From Yuukianura sp. NJ FZ-2021 (Eukaryota), in contig JAJCTO010000011.1 in the NCBI GenBank assembly GCA_046563655.1, forward strand, positions 918,893 through 938,892: DNA of 20,000 bases, in the 5' to 3' direction. The position numbers and the translations under genes are program-made. The notes under the pieces were generated by a model. It was not told where the DNA came from, did no database searches, and was given only the letters and a program-made list of their open reading frames with translations. Below, one piece after another: positions 1 through 12,000 of this stretch. Position 1 is the stretch's first letter, and the number at the start of each line of letters is the position of its first letter.

Positions 1-3000
1 GTGTTGTTGAAAATATTTTTCAACTAAGGTCTGATTGAATCCTGAGGAACGGAATTGTACCAAGATAGCAATTTTAATTTGACGCTATGGAGACAGACTA
101 CAAAAATAGGGACATTTGTCTAGTTTGAGGATCTTCAAGTGGTTTTTGAAACCAGTGTTGTTGAAAATATTTTTCAACTAGGGTACGATTGAATCCTGAG
201 GAACGGAATTGTGCCAAGATAGCAATTTTAATTTGACGCTATGGATACAGACTACAAAAATAGGGACATTTGTCTAGTTTGAGGATCTTCAAGTGGTTTT
301 TTGAAACCAGTGTTGTTGAAAATATTTTTCAACTAAGGTCTGATTGAATCCTGAGGAACGGAATTGTGCCAAGATAGCAATTTTAATTTGACGCTATGGA
401 GACAGACTACAAAAATAGGGACATTTGTCTAGTTTGAGGATCTTCAAGTGGTTTTTTGAAACCAGTGTTGTTGAAAATATTTTTCAACTAAGGTCTGAAA
501 TTCAATCCTGAGGAACGGAATTGTGCCAAGATAGCAATTTTAATTTGACGCTATGGAGACAGACTACAAAAATAGGGACATTTGTCTAGTTTGAGGATCT
601 TCAAGTGGTTTTTTGAAACCAGTGTTGTTGAAAATATTTTTCAACTAAGGTCTGAAATTCAATCCTGAGGAACGGAATTGTACCAAGATAGCAATTTTAA
701 TTTGACGCTATGGAGACAGACTACAAAAATAGGGACATTTGTCTAGTTTGAGGATCTTCAAGTGGTTTTTGAAACCAGTGTTGTTGAAAATATTTTTCAA
801 CTAAGGTCTGAAATTCAATCCTGAGGAACGGAATTGTACCAATGATAGCAATTTTAATTTGACGCTATGGAGACAGACTACAAAAATAGGGACATTTGTC
901 TAGTTTGAGGATCTTCAAGTGGTTTTTCGAAACCAGTGTTGTTGAAAATATTTTTCAACTAAGGTCTGATTGAATCCTGAGGAACGGAATTGTACCAAGA
1001 TAGCAATTTTAATTTGACGCTATGGAGACAGACTACAAAAATAGGGACATTTGTCTAGTTTGAGGATCTTCAAGTGGTTTTTTGAAACCAGTGTTGTTGA
1101 AAATATTTTTCAACTAAGGTCTGATTGAATCCTGAGGAACGGAATTGTGCCAAGATAGCAATTTTAATTTGACGCTATGGATACAGACTACAAAAATAGG
1201 GACATTTGTCTAGTTTGAGGATCTTCAAGTGGTTTTTTGAAACCAGTGTTGTTGAAAATATTTTTCAACTAAGGTCTGATTGAATCCTGAGGAACGGAAT
1301 TGTGCCAAGATAGCAATTTTAATTTGACGCTATGGATACAGACTACAAAAATAGGGACATTTGTCTAGTTTGAGGATCTTCAAGTGGTTTTTTGAAACCA
1401 GTGTTGTTGAAAATATTTTTCAACTAAGGTCTGAAATTCAATCCTGAGGAACGGAATTGTGCCAAGATAGCAATTTTAATTTGACGCTATGGAGACAGAC
1501 TACAAAAATAGGGACATTTGTCTAGTTTGAGGATCTTCAAGTGGTTTTTTGAAACCAGTGTTGTTGAAAATATTTTTCAACTAAGGTCTGATTGAATCCT
1601 GAGGAACGGAATTGTGCCAAGATAGCAATTTTAATTTGACGCTATGGAGACAGACTACAAAAATAGGGACATTTGTCTAGTTTGAGGATCTTCAAGTGGT
1701 TTTTTGAAACCAGTGTTGTTGAAAATATTTTTCAACTAAGGTCTGATTGAATCCTGAGGAACGGAATTGTGCCAAGATAGCAATTTTAATTTGACGCTAT
1801 GGATACAGACTACAAAAATAGGGACATTTGTCTAGTTTGAGGATCTTCAAGTGGTTTTTTGAAACCAGTGTTGTTGAAAATATTTTTCAACTAAGGTCTG
1901 AAATTCAATCCTGAGGAACGGAATTGTGCCAAGATAGCAATTTTAATTTGACGCTATGGAGACAGACTACAAAAATAGGGACATTTGTCTAGTTTGAGGA
2001 TCTTCAAGTGGTTTTTTGAAACCAGTGTTGTTGAAAATATTTTTCAACTAAGGTCTGATTGAATCCTGAGGAACGGAATTGTGCCAAGATAGCAATTTTA
2101 ATTTGACGCTATGGAGACAGACTACAAAAATAGGGACATTTGTCTAGTTTGAGGATCTTCAAGTGGTTTTTTGAAACCAGTGTTGTTGAAAATATTTTTC
2201 AACTAAGGTCTGAAATTCAATCCTGAGGAACGGAATTGTGCCAAGATAGCAATTTTAATTTGACGCTATGGAGACAGACTACAAAAATAGGGACATTTGT
2301 CTAGTTTGAGGATCTTCAAGTGGTTTTTGAAACCAGTGTTGTTGAAAATATTTTTCAACTAAGGTCTGATTGAATCCTGAGGAACGGAATTGTACCAAGA
2401 TAGCAATTTTAATTTGACGCTATGGAGACAGACTACAAAAATAGGGACATTTGTCTAGTTTGAGGATCTTCAAGTGGTTTTTTGAAACCAGTGTTGTTGA
2501 AAATATTTTTCAACTAAGGTCTGATTGAATCCTGAGGAACGGAATTGTGCCAAGATAGCAATTTTAATTTGACGCTATGGAGACAGACTACAAAAATAGG
2601 GACATTTGTCTAGTTTGAGGATCTTCAAGTGGTTTTTGAAACCAGTGTTGTTGAAAATATTTTTCAACTAAGGTCTGATTGGAATCCTGAGGAACGGAAT
2701 TGTGCCAAGATAGCAATTTTAATTTGACGCTATGGAGACAGACTACAAAAATAGGGACATTTGTCTAGTTTGAGGATCTTCAAGTGGTTTTTCGAAACCA
2801 GTGTTGTTGAAAATATTTTTCAACTAAGGTCTGAAATTAAATCCTGAGGAACGGAATTGTGCCAATGATAGCAATTTTAATTTGACGCTATGGAGACAGA
2901 CTACAAAAATAGGGACATTTGTCTAGTTTGAGGATCTTCAAGTGGTTTTTTGAAACCAGTGTTGTTGAAAATATTTTTCAACTAAGGTCTGATTGAATCC

Positions 3001-6000
3001 TGAGGAACGGAATTGTGCCAAGATAGCAATTTTAATTTGACGCTATGGAGACAGACTACAAAAATAGGGACATTTGTCTAGTTTGAGGATCTTCAAGTGG
3101 TTTTTTGAAACCAGTGTTGTTGAAAATATTTTTCAACTAAGGTCTGATTGAATCCTGAGGAACGGAATTGTGCCAAGATAGCAATTTTAATTTGACGCTA
3201 TGGAGACAGACTACAAAAATAGGGACATTTGTCTAGTTTGAGGATCTTCAAGTGGTTTTTTGAAACCAGTGTTGTTGAAAATATTTTTCAACTAAGGTCT
3301 GAAATTCAATCCTGAGGAACGGAATTGTGCCAAGATAGCAATTTTAATTTGACGCTATGGAGACAGACTACAAAAATAGGGACATTTGTCTAGTTTGAGG
3401 ATCTTCAAGTGGTTTTTTGAAACCAGTGTTGTTGAAAATATTTTTCAACTAAGGTCTGAAATTCAATCCTGAGGAACGGAATTGTACCAATGATAGCAAT
3501 TTTAATTTGACGCTATGGAGACAGACTACAAAAATAGGGACATTTGTCTAGTTTGAGGATCTTCAAGTGGTTTTTTGAAACCAGTGTTGTTGAAAATATT
3601 TTTCAACTAAGGTCTGATTGAATCCTGAGGAACGGAATTGTGCCAAGATAGCAATTTTAATTTGACGCTATGGAGACAGACTACAAAAATAGGGACATTT
3701 GTCTAGTTTGAGGATCTTCAAGTGGTTTTTTGAAACCAGTGTTGTTGAAAATATTTTTCAACTAAGGTCTGAAATTCAATCCTGAGGAACGGAATTGTAC
3801 CAATGATAGCAATTTTAATTTGACGCTATGGAGACAGACTACAAAAATAGGGACATTTGTCTAGTTTGAGGATCTTCAAGTGGTTTTTTGAAACCAGTGT
3901 TGTTGAAAATATTTTTCAACTAAGGTCTGATTGAATCCTGAGGAACGGAATTGTGCCAAGATAGCAATTTTAATTTGACGCTATGGAGACAGACTACAAA
4001 AATAGGGACATTTGTCTAGTTTGAGGATCTTCAAGTGGTTTTTTGAAACCAGTGTTGTTGAAAATATTTTTCAACTAAGGTCTGAAATTCAATCCTGAGG
4101 AACGGAATTGTGCCAAGATAGCAATTTTAATTTGACGCTATGGAGACAGACTACAAAAATAGGGACATTTGTCTAGTTTGAGGATCTTCAAGTGGTTTTT
4201 GAAACCAGTGTTGTTGAAAATATTTTTCAACTAAGGTCTGATTGAATCCTGAGGAACGGAATTGTACCAAGATAGCAATTTTAATTTGACGCTATGGAGA
4301 CAGACTACAAAAATAGGGACATTTGTCTAGTTTGAGGATCTTCAAGTGGTTTTTTGAAACCAGTGTTGTTGAAAATATTTTTCAACTAAGGTCTGATTGA
4401 ATCCTGAGGAACGGAATTGTGCCAAGATAGCAATTTTAATTTGACGCTATGGATACAGACTACAAAAATAGGGACATTTGTCTAGTTTGAGGATCTTCAA
4501 GTGGTTTTTTGAAACCAGTGTTGTTGAAAATATTTTTCAACTAAGGTCTGATTGAATCCTGAGGAACGGAATTGTGCCAAGATAGCAATTTTAATTTGAC
4601 GCTATGGAGACAGACTACAAAAATAGGGACATTTGTCTAGTTTGAGGATCTTCAAGTGGTTTTTCGAAACCAGTGTTGTTGAAAATATTTTTCAACTAAG
4701 GTCTGAAATTAAATCCTGAGGAACGGAATTGTACCAATGATAGCAATTTTAATTTGACGCTATGGAGACAGACTACAAAAATAGGGACATTTGTCTAGTT
4801 TGAGGATCTTCAAGTGGTTTTTTGAAAACCAGTGTTGTTGAAAATATTTTTCAACTAAGGTCTGATTGAATCCTGAGGAACGGAATTGTGCCAAGATAGC
4901 AATTTTAATTTGACGCTATGGAGACAGACTACAAAAATAGGGACATTTGTCTAGTTTGAGGATCTTCAAGTGGTTTTTTGAAACCAGTGTTGTTGAAAAT
5001 ATTTATCAACTAAGGTCTGATTGAATCCTGAGGAACGGAATTGTGCCAAGATAGCAATTTTAATTTGACGCTATGGAGACAGACTACAAAAATAGGGACA
5101 TTTGTCTAGTTTGAGGATCTTCAAGTGGTTTTTTGAAACCAGTGTTGTTGAAAATATTTTTCAACTAAGGTCTGAAATTCAATCCTGAGGAACGGAATTG
5201 TGCCAAGATAGCAATTTTAATTTGACGCTATGGAGACAGACTACAAAAATAGGGACATTTGTCTAGTTTGAGGATCTTCAAGTGGTTTTTTGAAACCAGT
5301 GTTGTTGAAAATATTTTTCAACTAAGGTCTGAAATTCAATCCTGAGGAACGGAATTGTACCAATGATAGCAATTTTAATTTGACGCTATGGAGACAGACT
5401 ACAAAAATAGGGACATTTGTCTAGTTTGAGGATCTTCAAGTGGTTTTTTGAAACCAGTGTTGTTGAAAATATTTTTCAACTAAGGTCTGATTGAATCCTG
5501 AGGAACGGAATTGTGCCAAGATAGCAATTTTAATTTGACGCTATGGAGACAGACTACAAAAATAGGGACATTTGTCTAGTTTGAGGATCTTCAAGTGGTT
5601 TTTTGAAACCAGTGTTGTTGAAAATATTTTTCAACTAAGGTCTGAAATTCAATCCTGAGGAACGGAATTGTACCATGATAGCAATTTTAATTTGACGCTA
5701 TGGAGACAGACTACAAAAATAGGGACGTTTGTCTAGTTTGAGGATCTTCAAGTGGTTTTTTGAAACCAGTGTTGTTGAAAATATTTTTCAACTAAGGTCT
5801 GAAATTCAATCCTGAGGAACGGAATTGTACCAAGATAGCAATTTTAATTTGACGCTATGGAGACAGACTACAAAAATAGGGACATTTGTCTAGTTTGAGG
5901 ATCTTCAAGTGGTTTTTTGAAACCAGTGTTGTTGAAAATATTTTTCAACTAAGGTCTGATTGAATCCTGAGGAACGGAATTGTGCCAAGATAGCAATTTT

Positions 6001-9000
6001 AATTTGACGCTATGGATACAGACTACAAAAATAGGGACATTTGTCTAGTTTGAGGATCTTCAAGTGGTTTTTGAAACCAGTGTTGTTGAAAATATTTTTC
6101 AACTAAGGTCTGATTGAATCCTGAGGAACGGAATTGTGCCAAGATAGCAATTTTAATTTGACGCTATGGAGACAGACTACAAAAATAGGGACATTTGTCT
6201 AGTTTGAGGATCTTCAAGTGGTTTTTCGAAACCAGTGTTGTTGAAAATATTTTTCAACTAAGGTCTGAAATTGAATCCTGAGGAACGGAATTGTACCATG
6301 ATAGCAATTTTAATTTGACGCTATGGAGACAGACTACAAAAATAGGGACATTTGTCTAGTTTGAGGATCTTCAAGTGGTTTTTTGAAACCAGTGTTGTTG
6401 AAAATATTTTTCAACTAAGGTCTGATTGAATCCTGAGGAACGGAATTGTGCCAAGATAGCAATTTTAATTTGACGCTATGGAGACAGACTACAAAAATAG
6501 GGACATTTGTCTAGTTTGAGGATCTTCAAGTGGTTTTTTGAAACCAGTGTTGTTGAAAATATTTTTCAACTAAGGTCTGATTGAATCCTGAGGAACGGAA
6601 TTGTGCCAAGATAGCAATTTTAATTTGACGCTATGGAGACAGACTACAAAAATAGGGACATTTGTCTAGTTTGAGGATCTTCAAGTGGTTTTTTGAAACC
6701 AGTGTTGTTGAAAATATTTTTCAACTAAGGTCTGAAATTCAATCCTGAGGAACGGAATTGTGCCAAGATAGCAATTTTAATTTGACGCTATGGAGACAGA
6801 CTACAAAAATAGGGACATTTGTCTAGTTTGAGGATCTTCAAGTGGTTTTTGAAACCAGTGTTGTTGAAAATATTTTTCAACTAAGGTCTGAAATTCAATC
6901 CTGAGGAACGGAATTGTACCAAGATAGCAATTTTAATTTGACGCTATGGAGACAGACTACAAAAATAGGGACATTTGTCTAGTTTGAGGATCTTCAAGTG
7001 GTTTTTTGAAACCAGTGTTGTTGAAAATATTTTTCAACTAAGGTCTGATTGAATCCTGAGGAACGGAATTGTGCCAAGATAGCAATTTTAATTTGACGCT
7101 ATGGAGACAGACTACAAAAATAGGGACATTTGTCTAGTTTGAGGATCTTCAAGTGGTTTTTTGAAACCAGTGTTGTTGAAAATATTTTTCAACTAAGGTC
7201 TGAAATTCAATCCTGAGGAACGGAATTGTACCATGATAGCAATTTTAATTTGACGCTATGGAGACAGACTACAAAAATAGGGACATTTGTCTAGTTTGAG
7301 GATCTTCAAGTGGTTTTTTGAAACCAGTGTTGTTGAAAATATTTTTCAACTAAGGTCTGAAATTCAATCCTGAGGAACGGAATTGTACCAAGATAGCAAT
7401 TTTAATTTGACGCTATGGAGACAGACTACAAAAATAGGGACATTTGTCTAGTTTGAGGATCTTCAAGTGGTTTTTCGAAACCAGTGTTGTTGAAAATATT
7501 TTTCAACTAAGGTCTGATTGAATCCTGAGGAACGGAATTGTACCAAGATAGCAATTTTAATTTGACGCTATGGAGACAGACTACAAAAATAGGGACATTT
7601 GTCTAGTTTGAGGATCTTCAAGTGGTTTTTTGAAACCAGTGTTGTTGAAAATATTTTTCAACTAAGGTCTGATTGAATCCTGAGGAACGGAATTGTGCCA
7701 AGATAGCAATTTTAATTTGACGCTATGGATACAGACTACAAAAATAGGGACATTTGTCTAGTTTGAGGATCTTCAAGTGGTTTTTTGAAACCAGTGTTGT
7801 TGAAAATATTTTTCAACTAAGGTCTGATTGAATCCTGAGGAACGGAATTGTGCCAAGATAGCAATTTTAATTTGACGCTATGGATACAGACTACAAAAAT
7901 AGGGACATTTGTCTAGTTTGAGGATCTTCAAGTGGTTTTTTGAAACCAGTGTTGTTGAAAATATTTTTCAACTAAGGTCTGATTGGAATCCTGAGGAACG
8001 GAATTGTGCCAAGATAGCAATTTTAATTTGACGCTATGGAGACAGACTACAAAAATAGGGACACTTTTGTCTAGTTTGAGGATCTTCAAGTGGTTTTTGA
8101 AACCAGTGTTGTTGAAAATATTTTTCAACTAAGGTCTGAAATTCAATCCTGAGGAACGGAATTGTACCATGATAGCAATTTTAATTTGACGCTATGGAGA
8201 CAGACTACAAAAATAGGGACATTTGTCTAGTTTGAGGATCTTCAAGTGGTTTTTTGAAAACCAGTGTTGTTGAAAATATTTTTCAACTAAGGTCTGATTG
8301 AATCCTGAGGAACGGAATTGTGCCAAGATAGCAATTTTAATTTGACGCTATGGATACAGACTACAAAAATAGGGACATTTGTCTAGTTTGAGGATCTTCA
8401 AGTGGTTTTTTGAAACCAGTGTTGTTGAAAATATTTTTCAACTAAGGTCTGAAATTCAATCCTGAGGAACGGAATTGTGCCAAGATAGCAATTTTAATTT
8501 GACGCTATGGAGACAGACTACAAAAATAGGGACATTTGTCTAGTTTGAGGATCTTCAAGTGGTTTTTTGAAACCAGTGTTGTTGAAAATATTTTTCAACT
8601 AAGGTCTGAAATTCAATCCTGAGGAACGGAATTGTGCCAAGATAGCAATTTTAATTTGACGCTATGGAGACAGACTACAAAAATAGGGACATTTGTCTAG
8701 TTTGAGGATCTTCAAGTGGTTTTTTGAAACCAGTGTTGTTGAAAATATTTTTCAACTAAGGTCTGATTGAATCCTGAGGAACGGAATTGTGCCAAGATAG
8801 CAATTTTAATTTGACGCTATGGAGACAGACTACAAAAATAGGGACATTTGTCTAGTTTGAGGATCTTCAAGTGGTTTTTTGAAACCAGTGTTGTTGAAAA
8901 TATTTTTCAACTAAGGTCTGATTGAATCCTGAGGAACGGAATTGTGCCAAGATAGCAATTTTAATTTGACGCTATGGATACAGACTACAAAAATAGGGAC

Positions 9001-12000
9001 ATTTGTCTAGTTTGAGGATCTTCAAGTGGTTTTTTGAAACCAGTGTTGTTGAAAATATTTTTCAACTAAGGTCTGATTGAATCCTGAGGAACGGAATTGT
9101 GCCAAGATAGCAATTTTAATTTGACGCTATGGATACAGACTACAAAAATAGGGACATTTGTCTAGTTTGAGGATCTTCAAGTGGTTTTTTGAAACCAGTG
9201 TTGTTGAAAATATTTTTCAACTAAGGTCTGAAATTCAATCCTGAGGAACGGAATTGTGCCAAGATAGCAATTTTAATTTGACGCTATGGAGACAGACTAC
9301 AAAAATAGGGACATTTGTCTAGTTTGAGGATCTTCAAGTGGTTTTTTGAAACCAGTGTTGTTGAAAATATTTTTCAACTAAGGTCTGAAATTCAATCCTG
9401 AGGAACGGAATTGTGCCAAGATAGCAATTTTAATTTGACACTATGGAGACAGACTACAAAAATAGGGACATTTGTCTAGTTTGAGGATCTTCAAGTGGTT
9501 TTTTGAAACCAGTGTTGTTGAAAATATTTTTCAACTAAGGTCTGATTGAATCCTGAGGAACGGAATTGTGCCAAGATAGCAATTTTAATTTGACGCTATG
9601 GAGACAGACTACAAAAATAGGGACATTTGTCTAGTTTGAGGATCTTCAAGTGGTTTTTTGAAACCAGTGTTGTTGAAAATATTTTTCAACTAAGGTCTGA
9701 TTGAATCCTGAGGAACGGAATTGTGCCAAGATAGCAATTTTAATTTGACGCTATGGAGACAGACTACAAAAATAGGGACATTTGTCTAGTTTGAGGATCT
9801 TCAAGTGGTTTTTGAAACCAGTGTTGTTGAAAATATTTTTCAACTAAGGTCTGAAATTCAATCCTGAGGAACGGAATTGTGCCAAGATAGCAATTTTAAT
9901 TTGACGCTATGGAGACAGACTACAAAAATAGGGACATTTGTCTAGTTTGAGGATCTTCAAGTGGTTTTTTGAAACCAGTGTTGTTGAAAATATTTTTCAA
10001 CTAAGGTCTGATTGAATCCTGAGGAACGGAATTGTGCCAAGATAGCAATTTTAATTTGACGCTATGGAGACAGACTACAAAAATAGGGACATTTGTCTAG
10101 TTTGAGGATCTTCAAGTGGTTTTTGAAACCAGTGTTGTTGAAAATATTTTTCAACTAAGGTCTGATTGAATCCTGAGGAACGGAATTGTGCCAAGATAGC
10201 AATTTTAATTTGACGGCTATGGAGACAGACTACAAAAATAGGGACATTTGTCTAGTTTGAGGATCTTCAAGTGGTTTTTTGAAACCAGTGTTGTTGAAAA
10301 TATTTTTCAACTAGGGTATGATTGAATCCTGAGGAACGGAATTGTGCCAAGATAGCAATTTTAATTTGACGCTATGGATACAGACTACAAAAATAGGGAC
10401 ATTTGTCTAGTTTGAGGATCTTCAAGTGGTTTTTTGAAACCAGTGTTGTTGAAAATATTTTTCAACTAAGGTCTGATTGAATCCTGAGGAACGGAATTGT
10501 GCCAAGATAGCAATTTTAATTTGACGCTATGGATACAGACTACAAAAATAGGGACATTTGTCTAGTATGAAGGATCTTCAAGTGGTTTTTTGAAACCAGT
10601 GTTGTTGAAAATATTTTTCAACTAAGGTCTGAAATTCAATCCTGAGGAACGGAATTGTGCCAAGATAGCAATTTTAATTTGACGCTATGGAGACAGACTA
10701 CAAAAATAGGGACATTTGTCTAGTTTGAGGATCTTCAAGTGGTTTTTGAAACCAGTGTTGTTGAAAATATTTTTCAACTAAGGTCTGAAATTCAATCCTG
10801 AGGAACGGAATTGTACCAAGATAGCAATTTTAATTTGACGCTATGGAGACAGACTACAAAAATAGGGACATTTGTCTAGTTTGAGGATCTTCAAGTGGTT
10901 TTTGAAACCAGTGTTGTTGAAAATATTTTTCAACTAAGGTCTGAAATTCAATCCTGAGGAACGGAATTGTACCATGATAGCAATTTTAATTTGACGCTAT
11001 GGAGACAGACTACAAAAATAGGGACGTTTGTCTAGTTTGAGGATCTTCAAGTGGTTTTTTGAAACCAGTGTTGTTGAAAATATTTTTCAACTAAGGTCTG
11101 ATTGAATCCTGAGGAACGGAATTGTGCCAAGATAGCAATTTTAATTTGACGCTATGGAGACAGACTACAAAAATAGGGACTTTTGCCTAGTTTGAGGATC
11201 TTCAAGTGGTTTTTCGAAACCAGTGTTGTTGAAAATATTTTTCAACTAAGGTCTGATTGAATCCTGAGGAACGGAATTGTACCAAGATAGCAATTTTAAT
11301 TTGACGCTATGGAGACAGACTACAAAAATAGGGACATTTGTCTAGTTTGAGGATCTTCAAGTGGTTTTTTGAAATCAGTGTTGTTGAAAATATTTTCAAC
11401 TAGGGTATGATTGAATCCTGAGGAACGGAATTGTGCCAAGATAGCAATTTTAATTTGACGCTATGGATACAGACTACCAAAAATAGGGACATTTGTCTAG
11501 TTTGAGGATCTTCAAGTGGTTTTTTGAAACCAGTGTTGTTGAAAATATTTTTCAACTAAGGTCTGATTGAATCCTGAGGAACGGAATTGTGCCAAGATAG
11601 CAATTTTAATTTGACGCTATGGATACAGACTACAAAAATAGGGACATTTGTCTAGTATGAGGATCTTCAAGTGGTTTTTTGAAACCAGTGTTGTTGAAAA
11701 TATTTTTCAACTAAGGTCTGAAATTCAATCCTGAGGAACGGAATTGTGCCAAGATAGCAATTTTAATTTGACGCTATGGAGACAGACTACAAAAATAGGG
11801 ACATTTGTCTAGTTTGAGGATCTTCAAGTGGTTTTTTGAAACCAGTGTTGTTGAAAATATTTTTCAACTAAGGTCTGATGGAATCCTGAGGAACGGAATA
11901 GTGCCAAGATAGCAATTTTAATTTGACGCTATGGAGACAGACTACAAAAATAGGGACATTTGTCTAGTTTGAGGATCTTCAAGTGGTTTTTTGAAAACAG

